The position numbers were made by a program, and so were the translations under genes. 64,000 nucleotides of DNA from an uncultured Planctomycetota bacterium (GTDB taxonomy: Bacteria > Planctomycetota > Planctomycetia > Isosphaerales > Isosphaeraceae). Positions 1 through 11,198 of the stretch are shown piece after piece (the first letter of the stretch is position 1; each line of letters starts with the position of its first letter). The stretch spans positions 4,416,001 through 4,480,000 of the forward strand of contig CAVTTN010000002.1 in the NCBI GenBank assembly GCA_963737655.1, written 5' to 3'. Below the pieces are notes generated by a model that was given only the letters and a program-made list of their open reading frames with translations, ran no database searches and was not told the DNA's origin.

Positions 1-232
1 CCGCGCCTCCCATCCTCCGGCGGGCCTCCAGGAGCATCGGGGTGACGATCAATTCCGATCGGGCCTTTTCCGTCCCGATCCCGACGGCCAGGGGGACGCA
101 CTCCTCCAGGAGGCTGTGAAGGGTCGGCCCGATATCAACCGGATCAAATCGTCCGAAAATGTCGATTTCATCGACGATCTTCAGGCCGAACTCCTTGCGG
201 ACCCGATCGAGGGTGAACTGGTGATAGGCCAT
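1..232 (-). CDS. Conserved hypothetical protein, N-terminal part (runs off window start)
   Basis: Manual translation from ATG at 232: MAYHQFTLDRVRKEFGLKI...LAVGIGTEKARSELIVTPMLLEARRR. Starts 15 nt after the nuoBCD stop. The 'EKARSE.I..P.LLE' motif resembles a widespread uncharacterised family. Not in the ORF track because it is truncated. Confidence 0.7.
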   Translation of the reverse strand, partial: MAYHQFTLDRVRKEFGLKIVDEIDIFGRFDPVDIGPTLHSLLEECVPLAVGIGTEKARSELIVTPMLLEARRRMGGA

Positions 233-247
233 CGCCCGGAAGTCCTC

Positions 248-2989
248 TTAACGATCCACCTCGCCCAGGACGATATCCAGGCTGCCGAGGATGCCCACCA
301 CGTCGGCGATCGTGTGGCCCAGGCACATCTGTTCGAGGGCCGTCAGGTTGATGAAACTCGGGCTGCGGACGTGGTAGCGGTACGCCGTGCCCGAGCCGTC
401 GGCCAGGACGTAGAAGCCCAGCTCGCCCTTGGGCGCCTCGCTCCTCGAATAGGCTTCCCCGGCCGGGACCTTGATCTGGTACGACTTCTTCCCCGGCAGG
501 ATCGGCCCCTCGGGCAGGTCGCGCACGGCCTGCTTGAGGATCTTCACGCTCTCGCGCATCTCCAGGAGGCGGACGACGTACCGGTCGTAGATGTCGCCGT
601 GGGTCCCGGTGACGACCTTGAAGTCGAAGCGGTCGTAGATCGAGTACGGGGCGGCCCGGCGGATGTCGTAATCGACGCCCGAGCCTCGCAGGACCGGCCC
701 GGCCGTCGAGAACGCCGTCGCCTGCTCGGCCGTGAGGACGCCGATCCCCTTGCACCGATCCAGGACGATCTCGTTGCCCGAGAGGTAGCGGTCGAGCTCG
801 TCGATCCGCCGGTCCAGGCGGTCGAAGACGATCGCCTTGCACCGCTCGGCCCAGCCCTTGGGCAGGTCGAACGCCACCCCGCCGAACCGGAAATAGTTGC
901 ACATCATCCGGCTGCCGGCCGCCCACTCGAACAGGTCGAGGATCAGCTCGCGCTCCTCGATCGCGTACAGGGCGGGGGTGAAGAACGCGCCCAGGTCGTT
1001 CAGGAGGAACCCGATCGACCACATGTGGCTGGCGATCCTCGTCAATTCGGCCATGATCACGCGAATGTATTCGGCCCGTTCGGGCACCTTCGCGTCGTCG
1101 CCCATCAGTTGCTCGACGGCCAGCGCGTAGCCGAAGTTATTGGCCATGCTCGTCAGGTAGTCGAGCCGGTCGGTGAACGGGAAGTTCATCAGGAACGTGT
1201 TGCGTTCGCCGATCTTCTCGTGATTGCGGTGCATGTAGCCCATCACGGGCTTGAGCCCGACGATCGTCTCGCCGTCCACGCGCAAATTCATGCGGAAGAC
1301 GCCGTGGGTCGAGGGGTGTTGCGGCCCCATGCTGACGATGAACTGGTCGGTGTCGAGCTCGGAGACCTCGGCCCCGCTGGGCAGGAGGTACTTGCCCTTG
1401 GTGTCGTCGCCGGGGTCGAGCTTGTTCCAGCCGTCGTAGCCCTTGGGCACCTTCATGTTGGTGCCGTGGGGGCTGAACTCCTCGGCCCGGAAGTGCTGGC
1501 CGTCCTCGACCCGGCTGTCGAAGACTTTTGTGGGGCCTTCGTAGTACGGTTCGAGGTAGTCCTTGCGAAGGGGGTAGTAGGCGAACCCCTCCCACATCAA
1601 AATTCGCTTGAGCTCGGGGTGCCCGGCGAACCGGACGCCCATCATGTCGTAGACCTCGCGCTCCTGGAAGTCGGCCCCTCGCCACACCGAGACGACCGAC
1701 GGCACCTCGCCCTCCCCTTCGGCCTCGGCGCACCTCACGCGGAGCTCGATCAGCTTGCCGGGGTTGGTGGTGCTGTCGACCTGATAATTGACCTCGATGC
1801 AATCCTCGTAGTGGACGCTCTGGAGGCTCGCCAGGTAGTCATACTTGATCGGGTTGCGGTCGCGGAGGTAGAGGCCGACCGCGACGAGCTTCGCCGGCTC
1901 GATCAGCAATCCGGCCATGACGACCTGGGCGGTCCCGGCGCCGAATTCGGCGTTGATCCGCTCCTCCAACTGCTTCAATTCGAGGTCGCCGAGCCAGACG
2001 AGGCTGGGCCGGGCCTCGGCCGTCTTGATCTTCTTGCCGGCCTTGGCGGCGGGCTTGCCGGTGTCCTTGACCGGGGTCGGGACGGCCGCGGCGTCGGCGT
2101 TCGGGCTGTTCGCCTCGGCCTTCGCGGGGTCGGCCTCGGCCACGTTCTTGGCCTTGGCCCGCAACTGGTCGAGCTTGCTCATCGGCTTCGGCGCCGAGTC
2201 GGCCGGCTCGGGCGTCGGGATCTCGACGGCCCCCGGGGCCGGAGGGGGCTGCGGCGCCGGGATCCTCGCGGGCTTCTCCAGGGTCGCCTCGCGGGCCTCG
2301 ACCAGGCCCATCGCCGTCCTCTCGGCCGTCATCTCCAGGGTCCGGAGGTCGATCAGGTCGGGCCCGAGCACCGGGATCGGCACGTCGCGCTCGACCTGGC
2401 CGTTATACCACGGGGACTGGGTGATCTTCTCGCCGTCGATCTTCTTCTGGAGCATCATCAGGCCGTTCAGGAGCGCCTGGGGCGTGGGCGGGCAGCCGGG
2501 GACGTACACATCGACCGGGAGATACTTGTCGATCCCCGAGACGACGTTGTACCCCTCCTTGAACGGGCCTCCGCCCGAGGCGCAGGCGCCCATGCTGATC
2601 ACGTACTTCGGCTCGGGCATCTGGTCGTACAGCCGGGCGATCATCGGCATCATCGTCTTGGTGACGGTGCCCGAGACGATCATCACGTCCGCCTGGCGAG
2701 GGGAGCCGCGGAAGACCTCGGCGCCGAACCGGGCGATGTCGAACCGGCTCGACGCGGTGCAGATCATCTCGATGGCGCAGCAGGCCAGGCCGAAGCCCAG
2801 GGGCCACAGGCTGGAGCGGCGGCCCCAGTTGTACACGAGGTCCACGATCCCGCCGGCGCCGACGAGCTTCTGCCACGTCGTGGTCACGACGTGCTGCTCC
2901 AGCTCCTTCTGGAGGCCGGGGTCGATGACGGTCATCCACTCCGGGCGGGTGGTGGTGAGCTCGGCGCGGGGTTCGAGGGTGGTCGCCAT
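248..2989 (-). CDS. nuoBCD: NADH-quinone oxidoreductase subunit B/C/D fusion
   Basis: NuoB motifs ([21 protein letters not shown]), NuoC motifs ([19 protein letters not shown]) and NuoD motifs ([16 protein letters not shown], terminal DIVLGEVDR) lie in one frame. Start taken at MATTLE. Confidence 0.93.
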   Translation of the reverse strand: MATTLEPRAELTTTRPEWMTVIDPGLQKELEQHVVTTTWQKLVGAGGIVDLVYNWGRRSSLWPLGFGLACCAIEMICTASSRFDIARFGAEVFRGSPRQADVMIVSGTVTKTMMPMIARLYDQMPEPKYVISMGACASGGGPFKEGYNVVSGIDKYLPVDVYVPGCPPTPQALLNGLMMLQKKIDGEKITQSPWYNGQVERDVPIPVLGPDLIDLRTLEMTAERTAMGLVEAREATLEKPARIPAPQPPPAPGAVEIPTPEPADSAPKPMSKLDQLRAKAKNVAEADPAKAEANSPNADAAAVPTPVKDTGKPAAKAGKKIKTAEARPSLVWLGDLELKQLEERINAEFGAGTAQVVMAGLLIEPAKLVAVGLYLRDRNPIKYDYLASLQSVHYEDCIEVNYQVDSTTNPGKLIELRVRCAEAEGEGEVPSVVSVWRGADFQEREVYDMMGVRFAGHPELKRILMWEGFAYYPLRKDYLEPYYEGPTKVFDSRVEDGQHFRAEEFSPHGTNMKVPKGYDGWNKLDPGDDTKGKYLLPSGAEVSELDTDQFIVSMGPQHPSTHGVFRMNLRVDGETIVGLKPVMGYMHRNHEKIGERNTFLMNFPFTDRLDYLTSMANNFGYALAVEQLMGDDAKVPERAEYIRVIMAELTRIASHMWSIGFLLNDLGAFFTPALYAIEERELILDLFEWAAGSRMMCNYFRFGGVAFDLPKGWAERCKAIVFDRLDRRIDELDRYLSGNEIVLDRCKGIGVLTAEQATAFSTAGPVLRGSGVDYDIRRAAPYSIYDRFDFKVVTGTHGDIYDRYVVRLLEMRESVKILKQAVRDLPEGPILPGKKSYQIKVPAGEAYSRSEAPKGELGFYVLADGSGTAYRYHVRSPSFINLTALEQMCLGHTIADVVGILGSLDIVLGEVDR

Positions 2990-3181
2990 GATTCGGATTC
3001 GCTCGGCTCGGCTCGGGATCGTCCGGGGCGGGGCGGACCGGGTTCGGCCTCGTCGTCGATCGCGGACGATCACCGACGGGCGCCCCGGGGCCTTGCGTAT
3101 GGTAAGCATCCGGCATGGGGCTTGCCAGGGGGTAGCGGCCGACCCCTTCCCGACCTTCCCGGCCCGGACCATAATGGCAGG

Positions 3182-3406
3182 ATGGATCACTCCCGGTTCC
3201 AGATCAGCGTGGCCGCGATGCTCGCCCTGGTGGCCTGCCTCGCCCTGAATTTCTGGCTCTTCCGCCTGGGGGTGATCTGGGGACTGCTCGGCCTGAACGT
3301 CACCAAGCACGTCGCCATCGCCTTCGTCTGCCAGGCCATCGGCCTGAACCGCAAGGTCCAGCGGCCACCGACGCCCAAGCCCCGGCCCGAGCCGTCGTCG
3401 AATTGA
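3182..3406 (+). CDS. Small membrane protein (74 aa)
   Basis: [26 protein letters not shown]...; two hydrophobic segments, GC3-biased codons; 'RFQIS...L' N-terminus typical of planctomycete small membrane proteins. Confidence 0.65.
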   Translation: MDHSRFQISVAAMLALVACLALNFWLFRLGVIWGLLGLNVTKHVAIAFVCQAIGLNRKVQRPPTPKPRPEPSSN

Positions 3407-3441
3407 ATGGGCTCGGGTCGCGGCGATTCCCTTTGCCGGTC

Positions 3442-3488
3442 CCCTCTCCCCCGTCGCGGCGGAGAGGGTTAGGGTGAGGGTGAGGGGG
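3442..3488. repeat. CCCTCTCCC...GGAGAGGGTTAGGGTGAGGG palindromic intergenic element
   Basis: Short hairpin CCCTCTCC / GGAGAGGG followed by GGGTTA/GGGTGA units, downstream of a stop codon. Confidence 0.6.
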
Positions 3489-3569
3489 CCGCAGCCCAGG
3501 ACGCTCCGGGCAAAGTCCCGGCCCCAAGAGATCGCCCCGTGGTCACCCGATGGCGGTCCCATCTCCCCC

Positions 3570-5852
3570 ATGATCCCCCGGCCGACCCTCCCCCTGCCCT
3601 GCCTCGTCGCGATGGCCGTCGTCGGCCTGGCGCTCGGCGGATCGTGGTTCGGGTACGAGCCGGTTGGCGGAGACCCCGACAAGCTCTATCGGCCGATCAA
3701 GGCGGAGCTCGCCCGGTCGCTGGCCGAGGGCCGATTGCCGTTCTGGAGCGACCGCTTCGGCCTGGGCTGCCCTCTCGTGGCCGAGAGCCACGTGGCCGCG
3801 TTCTACCCGCCGAACTGGCTGGTTTACCGCGTGATGCCCGTCGCCCCGGCGTTCCGGCTGATGCTCTGGCTCCACTCGGTCGCCCTGGCCGGGACGATGT
3901 ACCTTTATGCCCGATCGCTCGGCCTGACGCCCTGGGGGGCGGCCCTGGCGTCGGTGGCGTTCTCGCTCTGCGGGTTCTCGGCGAGCCACTGCGTCCATGA
4001 GCCGTTCTATGGCGTGATGCCATATTTACCTCTGTGCCTGTACCTCGCCGACCGCTTCGCCGGGACCGGCCGGATCGCCTTCGCGGCGGGATTGGCGCTG
4101 GCGTGGGGCGTGCAGATCACCCTGGGACATTTTCAGATCCCGATGTGGACCGGAGGGGCTCGCGCTGGTCCTCGGCGGCTGGCGGGCGATCTGCGAGGGC
4201 CGACCGTGGCGGATCGTCGGCCTCGGGATCGCTCTCGTCGGCGGGATCGGCCTGGCGGCGGTCCAGATCGTGCCGACGTATGAACTTGTGAAGGTGGCCG
4301 GGTTCGGCCGCCCGCTGGCCCAGTTGATGAATTATCGGTCCCCTCCCGAGCACCTTTCCGGCTGGGCGGTGCCAGAATTGTTCCTGGCCCGGGATGGTCA
4401 CTCGAACGACGCCTACTGGTCGCGCCTGGCCACGACCCCGGGCGAGTCCTCGGCCTACGTCGGGACGGTCCCCCTGGTCCTCTCCTGGGTGGGGATCGTC
4501 GCGGCCCCTCGCGACCGCCGCTTCACCCCCTGGCGGCTGATCGTCCCGGCCGGTCTCGCCCTGGCGAGCATGGCGAGCTGGTGGCCCGACGGATACTGGA
4601 TCGTCTTGCAGGTCCCCGGTTTCGGGCTGTTTCGCGCCCCGGGACGATACACGTTGCTGACCAGCCTGGGACTGAGCTTGCTCGCGGGTCGGGGGCTGGA
4701 CCGGACGATCTCGGCCCGACGCTTCGGGATCGGCCTGGGCCTGGCGATCCTGGCGGGAGCGGCGAGCTTCGGATGGTCGATGCTCCTCGCCAGCCGAACC
4801 GATTATCGGGCGAGCTTCGGCGCGGACACTGTGACACTCCGAATCGCTTCGGCCGCGGGGGCCTGGGCGGTCGGCCTCGGGGCGGTCGTGGCCTGGCGGA
4901 TGCGGAGGCTCCCCGACTGGGCCCCGGTCGCCGTGGCGGCCCTGGAACTGTCGATCCTCTTTCATCTCGGCTCATCTCGATGGCAAAAATCGGTCGATCC
5001 GACGACGGACAGCCCGATCCTCGCCCGGCTCGCGACCGAGCCCGACGTGGGCCTCGTGGCGGGCCCGGTGGGGAACGTGCCGGTCCGATTGGGCCTGGCC
5101 ACGGCGTTCCCCGACTTCGGGATCACGCCACCTCCGCCGAATTACCTCCTCGAATCCGCGCGGACGCCTCCCGGGCAGAACGACCCGGCGTCCCTCCGCT
5201 GGCAGCGCCGGTTCGGCGTGACCCACGGCGTCTGGCACCTGGGAGACGAAACCCGAAATGCCGAAATCTTGATCGAAGCGCCCGACCCGGCCCTCGACCG
5301 GCTGCTGGACGAACGCGCCGGACCTCCCTCGCGGTGGAAGCTGGCGAGGATGGCCGGGGCGTTCCCCCGGGCCCGGGTCGCGACCCGGAGCGTCGAGGTG
5401 GAGGACTGGGGCGCGATGTACGTCCGTCTCACGTCGCGCGACGACCCGGAGGAAGTCGTTTATGAGACGGCCGACCGGCCGCGCGAGGCCGGCGGCCCGA
5501 GGGCGAAATCCGCCCGGCTGATCGCCTTCGACGGCCGATCGGCCGAGGTCGAGCACGACGGCGAGTGCGACCTGGTCGTCCGCCGGACGTATTACCCGGG
5601 GTGGATGTTCCGGATCGACGGCGGCCCGAGGCGCCCGTCCTCAAGGCCGACGGCGGGTTGCAGGCCGTCCGGTTGGCGGGGTCTGGCGTTCATAACGTCA
5701 CATTTGTGTATCGGCCGACGGGAATGGGTCGGGCGATGGGGATTTCGGGGATTTGTTTTGTGGTTATTTTGATGTTTTTCGGTTTGACAATTTTTGGTTT
5801 CAGATCTCGGGTCGGCGGGGGCGTGATCGGCGGGCCGCCGAGAGGGTCGTGA
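3570..5852 (+). CDS. YfhO-like polytopic membrane protein (GT-C-type glycosyltransferase-like), interrupted by two frameshifts
   Basis: N-terminal '[19 protein letters not shown]...FYPPNWL', central 'FRAPGRY' and C-terminal 'YYPGW...[22 protein letters not shown]' plus a TM segment lie in three frames. They join if one G is removed at 4155-4158 and one C is added at 5625-5627. Confidence 0.75.
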
Positions 5853-5890
5853 CGACGGGGCGGAGGGCGGGTTTCACCCGCCGGGTTGTT

Positions 5891-5911
5891 GGTGCATTTC
5901 ATGCACCCTAC
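5891..5911 (-). repeat. GTAG-type REP (GTAGGGTGCATGAAATGCACC)
   Basis: Exact reverse complement of the copy at 17583-17603. Confidence 0.8.
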
Positions 5912-6307
5912 GTCATTGCATAAAACATGACGGTTCTTCGATCCTTGGGAAAGTTGACTGCGCTCTTCGCGTGAAATCGTCGGAAAGGGCGGTTTTTGCA
6001 GGGGATTCGCGGTGGCAACGACTCGTGCGCGCGGATTTTGCTTCACGTTTGCATGATTTTTAAAATTGGACGCAAATGCCGTCTGAAAATGGGTTTGGGG
6101 CGATCGGCCCTCCCGTCACTTTGCATCGCAAAGTGCCAGCGAGGGCAGCCTCGCCCGCCGCTCGACGATGCCTCGCGAGCGAGGTTCCCGGGTGGCGACA
6201 ATCGTCCGATTTCGCGGATTGGGTGATCGCGCCCGGGGACGGTCGCGATGGTTTCCGGGAGGGCGTTGATCGATTCGCGGGGAACGGGGGTGGGTCGTGG
6301 GATCGTC

Positions 6308-7045
6308 TCAGAAGAATTCGTCGATATTTGGGGTGATGACCAGCTCGGGCACGTTCGCGCGGGGCGGGAGCTTGACGAGGAACTCGACGGCGGCGGCCAC
6401 GTCCTCGGGCTGCAAGATCGCGTCGAGCCGCTCCTGGGGGACTGCCACCGGCCGATTCTTGAGGATCGGCGTGTTCACCTCTCCCGGGTAAATCACCGTC
6501 GATCGAATCCCCCGCGAGTGCTCCTCCCGTCCCAGGCCGATCCCCAGGGCGCTCTGGCCGAACTTCGAGGCCGAGTAGCCCACCCCTCCGAGCAGGCTGG
6601 CGCGGACACCGGCGATCGAAGTCACCTGGATCACCAACCCCTTGCGACGTTCTCGCATCGAAGGCAGCGCAAAATGAACGACGTTGAACGCGCCGGTCAG
6701 GTTGGTGGCGATCATCCGGTCCCAGTCGGCGGGGTCGAGCACGTCGAGCTTGCGGTTGCGGACGTTGATCCCGGCGTTGCAGACGAGGACGTCGATCGAG
6801 CCGAAGTCGTCGAGGGTCCGCTTGACGATCCCTTCGACGGCCGGGCGGTCGGCGACGTCCCCGGCCTCGATCCGAAGTCGCGACGCCGCCTCGGGTTCGA
6901 GCCCGGCCTTCACGGCGTCGAGCTTGGCCGGATCGCGGCCGACGATGGCCACGCGGAGGCCCATCCGGGCCAGGGATTCGGCGATCGCGCGGCCCATCCC
7001 GCTGCCGGCCCCGGTCACGAGGGCCGTTTCATAAGTGGTGGTCAC
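6308..7045 (-). CDS. SDR family oxidoreductase
   Basis: TGAGSGMG, NAG and YSASK motifs; GTG start with AGGA upstream. Confidence 0.92.
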   Translation of the reverse strand: MTTTYETALVTGAGSGMGRAIAESLARMGLRVAIVGRDPAKLDAVKAGLEPEAASRLRIEAGDVADRPAVEGIVKRTLDDFGSIDVLVCNAGINVRNRKLDVLDPADWDRMIATNLTGAFNVVHFALPSMRERRKGLVIQVTSIAGVRASLLGGVGYSASKFGQSALGIGLGREEHSRGIRSTVIYPGEVNTPILKNRPVAVPQERLDAILQPEDVAAAVEFLVKLPPRANVPELVITPNIDEFF

Positions 7046-7152
7046 GGTGGGGCGTTCCTGGGTGTCGCTCGGGAGGTGGGGTCGGACCAGATCCGCTCCA
7101 GAAAACACGAAGACCGCCCCGAAGGGAAGGGCCCAGGAGTCCCAGGCCCCTC

Positions 7153-7190
7153 CGGGTGGCCTGCTTACGTCTTCGTAAGCAGGCCACCCG
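7153..7190. repeat. Palindromic REP-like hairpin (GGGTGGC.TGCTTACG family), single unit
   Basis: 17-bp perfect stem with TCTT loop; same family as 22278, 28168 and 53895. Confidence 0.8.
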
Positions 7191-7208
7191 AGGGGGCGCC
7201 ATCACTTC

Positions 7209-7345
7209 CTCTGTAGAAAACCCGCTTGAAGAAGTCGATCGAGTAGGTCCGACTTCAGTCGGGCCTGCAGAAACGCCTTATTTTGTGGGCCCGACTGAAG
7301 TCGGACCTACTCGATTCCTCTTCATCACCGGGTTCTTCTACGGAG
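7209..7345. repeat. REPIN/MITE-like element with inverted GTAGGTCCGACTTCAGTCGGGCC pair
   Basis: Inner inverted REP pair plus imperfect outer inverted ends CTCTGTAGAAAACCC / GGGTTCTTCTACGGAG; second copy at 28328-28463. Confidence 0.8.
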
Positions 7346-7358
7346 CAGCCCTCACTCC

Positions 7359-8835
7359 TCACTTACCGGGCTTCGTCGAGAAGCTCGGGTAGAACTTGGC
7401 GAGGTAGGCCGAGACCAGGCTGGCGAAGCTGGGCGAGGAGGTCGTCGGCGGCGTGACCACGACGGAGGCCGGCGGTGAGGCGGAGGTCGAGGCTCGTCGT
7501 CGTGGTGGTGGTCGAGCCGGTCGTCTTGGGAGGCGTGGGGGTCTGCGGAGGAGGCAGGGGCGCGATCGTGCTCGTCGGGTGGGGCGTGGTGAAGAGTTCG
7601 ACGTTGTCGTAGTGGAACGTCGTCGGGTCGGTGACCTTGGCGGCCTGGTAGACCGAGGAGTTCCCCGAGTTCGAATAGACCTGGACGAGGTTGAAGTTGA
7701 TCGTCCCGCCCGCGCCGTTGGAGAACCCGGCCATCGGGTCCTGGATCGCGGTCGAGGGCACGGTGGCGGTCAACTGGCCGTTCAGGTACACGTTCGTCTG
7801 GGGGGTGGCCTTGGCGGGGATCAGCGACGCGGCCTTGAGGATGTCGATGCGATCGTAGCTGGCGTGGGTGGCGGGGTCATACACCTTCACCGAGCCGTTC
7901 TGGAGCCAGGATTCGACGCTGGCCACGCTGGGCAGGGTGCCGAATCGCTGCTGGTAGATCTGCTGGAGGAGGATGATCCCGCCGGTGACCTCGGGGGCGG
8001 CGTAGCTGGTGCCCTCGACGGTCTGATAGCCGTTGAAGCTGGTCACGACGATCCCCTGGCCGGGGGCGGCCAGGTCGGTGGCGGCGCCTCCGCCGTCGGC
8101 CGGGTCGAGCCTCTGGGCGTTGGGCACGATCTGGTCGCCCAGGGTGGTGCCGGTCACGCTGATGGTCTCGGACAGGATCGCCGGGAAGCCCACGCCGGGG
8201 CTGCCGTTGAAGCTGTTGCCCGTGGCCACGACCACAGGCACGTTCACCTGGTCGAGCTCGTGGATCAGGGTCGCGAGCTGCTGGCCGAGCGAGTTGTCGT
8301 TGCTGAAGAAGTCATACGAATAGTTGCCGCCGTCGGAGATCGAGAGGTTCACGACGGAGATATGGTCCTGGACGCGGTGGTCCAGGGCATACTGGAGGGC
8401 CCGGAGGACGTTGGAGAAGTCGCCGGAGCCGTCGTCGGCGAACACGCGGAGGGCCACGATGTTCGCGCCCGGGGCGACCCCGGGGTGGTTCGGGTCGACC
8501 CCGGCGACGATCCCGGCGGTGCTGGTGCCGTGGTCGGAGACCGGATACGGATTGGAGACGTTCTTGGTGAAGTCGTAGCCGTCGGAGACCTTGTGGCCGG
8601 GCCCATAGGTGGGATCGGAGCCGAGGTCGGGGTTGGTGTAGGCCACTCCGGTGTCGATCATGGCGGCGGCCAGGCCGGTGCCGTCCACCCCGTAGGCGGT
8701 TCGCGTGGCGGTCGCCTCGATCAGGGCGTCGGCGGCGCTCACGCCCCCGGAGAGGACCAGGCGGGCTTCGAGCGGTTCAAGGCGGGGGCGGCATCCGGTC
8801 CGTCCTGTCCGTCGCTGGGCTCGATTCGAAATCAT
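7359..8835 (-). CDS. S8 subtilisin-like serine peptidase with planctomycete LEPR-XLL-type N-terminal motif; probable frameshift in the Thr/Ser/Pro tail
   Basis: RPRLEPLEARLVLS leader; catalytic IDTG, HGT and GTSYAAP. The GC3-biased frame switches near 7491 and then ends at the TGA at 7359-7361 (uncorrected stop at 7363). Confidence 0.88.
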
Positions 8836-9409
8836 GGTCGGCTGCTCCCCGGACGGCCGCCTAACCCTCGGCGCTGGCCGCCCCGCGATCCGGTGGTGAA
8901 CGCCCCCCCTCCGTGGCGCGGCCCGGGGCGATCGCAGGGTTGCCATCGTCTCGGGTCGCGGTGCCGAGGGCCCATGCCGGACCCTGGCTGTCGGGGCGCA
9001 ATCGAGTGGGAAGAACGGTGGCGTTTCCCGGGCGAAGGCGCCCGGTCCGGCCCCGAAAGGCGGGGAACTCCCCGGGAGGGCGGCCCCGGTGCGGGTCGCC
9101 CCGGCCCATCATGAGCCGAGCGCCCGGGGACGGGGTCGTCCCGGGAAGCTCCGGTCGGTCGCATCCTGCGGAGGATTCGGGCCGGGGATGGCCCGAGGGG
9201 GAAGGGACGCGCCCTTCCAGGTCGCGCCCTCGGGCGGGGTGGCGCCCCGCCCTCTCCGTTCCGATCGCCGAGGCCGCCCGAACCGCGTTGCCGGGCCCGG
9301 GGCTTTCGGCTATATCCGTCGCCTGTCCCGCGGTCGGCCCCTCGCCGATCGGAGGGGCTGTCTCGCGGTGTTCCCAGTATCGGATCTGACCTCGGAGGAG
9401 ATCTGGCCA

Positions 9410-10156
9410 ATGAGCGAAATTCTCGCCGTGATCCCGGCCCGATTCGCTTCGACCCGCCTGCCCGGCAAACCCCTCCTGTCCGCCACCGGAAAGCCCCTGA
9501 TTCGCCACGTCGTCGAGGCCGCCCGGCGCGCCAGATGCCTGGATCGGGTGATCGTCGCCACCGACGACCCCCGAATCTATCAGGTGGTGACCGGCTTCGG
9601 CGGAGAGGCCGCGATGACCCGGGCCGACCACCCCAGCGGGACCGACCGCGTGGCCGAGGTCGCCTCCGCCATCCCCTCCGCCTCGATCGTCGTGAACGTC
9701 CAGGGAGACGAGCCCGAGATCGCCCCCGAGGCCATCCAGGCCGTGGTGGAAATGCTCCAAAACCACCCCGAGCTGAACATGGCCACCATCGCCACCCCGA
9801 TCCGCGACGAAACCGTTTACCGAGACCCGGGTTGCGTCAAGGTCGTCCTCGACGGCAACGGCCGGGCCCTGTATTTTTCCCGGAGCCCGATCCCCATGCA
9901 CCGCGACGGCCCCCCCGATTCGGGCGTCTGGGGCCTCCTCCACCTCGGCCTGTACGCCTACCGTCGCGAGTTCTTACTCAACCTCGCCCAATTGCCCGTC
10001 TCCCCACTCGAACGGGCGGAGAAGCTGGAACAATTGCGGGTCCTGGGCGCCGGCGCCGCCATCGGCGTAGCCACGATCGACGAGCCGAGCGTGGGCATCG
10101 ACACCCCCGAGGATTACGAGCGGTTCGTCCGCCGATGGAACGCCTCGGCCGCCTGA
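9410..10156 (+). CDS. kdsB: 3-deoxy-manno-octulosonate cytidylyltransferase
   Basis: IPARFASTRLPGKPL, SGTDR, VNVQGDEP, ALYFSRSPIP, EKLEQLR; GGAGG RBS. Confidence 0.96.
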   Translation: MSEILAVIPARFASTRLPGKPLLSATGKPLIRHVVEAARRARCLDRVIVATDDPRIYQVVTGFGGEAAMTRADHPSGTDRVAEVASAIPSASIVVNVQGDEPEIAPEAIQAVVEMLQNHPELNMATIATPIRDETVYRDPGCVKVVLDGNGRALYFSRSPIPMHRDGPPDSGVWGLLHLGLYAYRREFLLNLAQLPVSPLERAEKLEQLRVLGAGAAIGVATIDEPSVGIDTPEDYERFVRRWNASAA

Positions 10157-10188
10157 AATCCCCGTTGATACAGTACTTGCGAGCGATC

Positions 10189-11073
10189 TTAACGACTCCA
10201 CGGCGGGACCGGCGGCAACCGCGCCTCGAACCGGCGGATTCGATCGGCCAGGAACGGCCCGGCGAGGGTGCCGGCGAAGAATCGGGGCAAGCCCTCGTCG
10301 AGGAAGACCTTCCAGGACTCCTCCTCCTCGCCCGGGAGGATCGGGAAGAACAGGGCGCCGACGGCGTCGGCCGCCTTGCGGTCGCCGGGGGCGTCTCCGA
10401 CCATCACGGTTCGCTCCGGTTCATATCGGCCCGCCGTACATCGGGCCAGGATCTCTCGCTTCGATCCCATCTCCTGGCCTCCGATCCACGCAACCCGTTC
10501 GGCCAGGCCATGTTCGGCCCATTCTCGCCGGAGCGCCTCGGTCGGAGTGGCCGAGACGACCACCGCATCGGCGCGGCCGACCAGGAAATCCAGGCAATCC
10601 CGAACGAATGGGAAAGGCGGGACGTTGCGGACCAGGGCGCCAATGGCCCGGTTCACGTCCTCCGACCAGGCCAGGGCGGTCCGGAGGTCGGGATCGCCGG
10701 TCCCCTCGAACGCCTCCCGCAGAGCCGGGTTGGCCAGCCGGGTTTCGCGGGCGACCCAGGCCCGGAGCCCCTCGGCCCGGGGGACTCGGACCCCTCGCCG
10801 GACGATTTCGGGACGAGTGGCCAGGAGGTCCAGGACCTTCAGGTAACCCGGGAAGCGATTCACGCCGCGATCGACCGAGGCGAGGTTGACGAACTCGGCC
10901 GTCTCGCGGGCGAATCGGCCCACGGAGGCCAGCCCGAAGTGCTGGATGAACAAGGGGATGAAGCATTCCTTGTGCTTCAGGTCCATCGTGTCGAAGGCGC
11001 AGCCGTCGCTATCGAGGCCCACGAAGAACTCGGCCGTCTTCGGGAACGGCGGCGGGGGATCGGTCGAGGTCAT
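10189..11073 (-). CDS. HAD family hydrolase
   Basis: DSDGCAFDTM motif I; MVGDAPGD motif IV. Confidence 0.88.
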   Translation of the reverse strand: MTSTDPPPPFPKTAEFFVGLDSDGCAFDTMDLKHKECFIPLFIQHFGLASVGRFARETAEFVNLASVDRGVNRFPGYLKVLDLLATRPEIVRRGVRVPRAEGLRAWVARETRLANPALREAFEGTGDPDLRTALAWSEDVNRAIGALVRNVPPFPFVRDCLDFLVGRADAVVVSATPTEALRREWAEHGLAERVAWIGGQEMGSKREILARCTAGRYEPERTVMVGDAPGDRKAADAVGALFFPILPGEEEESWKVFLDEGLPRFFAGTLAGPFLADRIRRFEARLPPVPPWSR

Positions 11074-11198
11074 GTCCGGATAGGTCTCGCGGGGTGGTCC
11101 GATCGGTCGTCATCCTGGCAAGACGGGGAAGGCTTGCCAAGGGGGGCGGCCCGTCCCGGAGGCCATCTCCCTTCAAGTTGTCCGATCTGCTATCATGA

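Noticed and set aside
2990..3682. N-terminal extension of the nuoBCD ORF given in the track
   Set aside because: Overlaps a plus-strand gene and a repeat; NuoB-like sequence begins at MATTLE (2989).
5690..5810. T-rich stretch as foreign DNA or terminator
   Set aside because: It encodes the hydrophobic C-terminal TM helix of the YfhO-like protein in the corrected frame.
7156..7392. Small ORFs with VGPTSVGP...VGPTEVGPT (also 28275-28724)
   Set aside because: Translations of the REPIN-like palindromes, not proteins.
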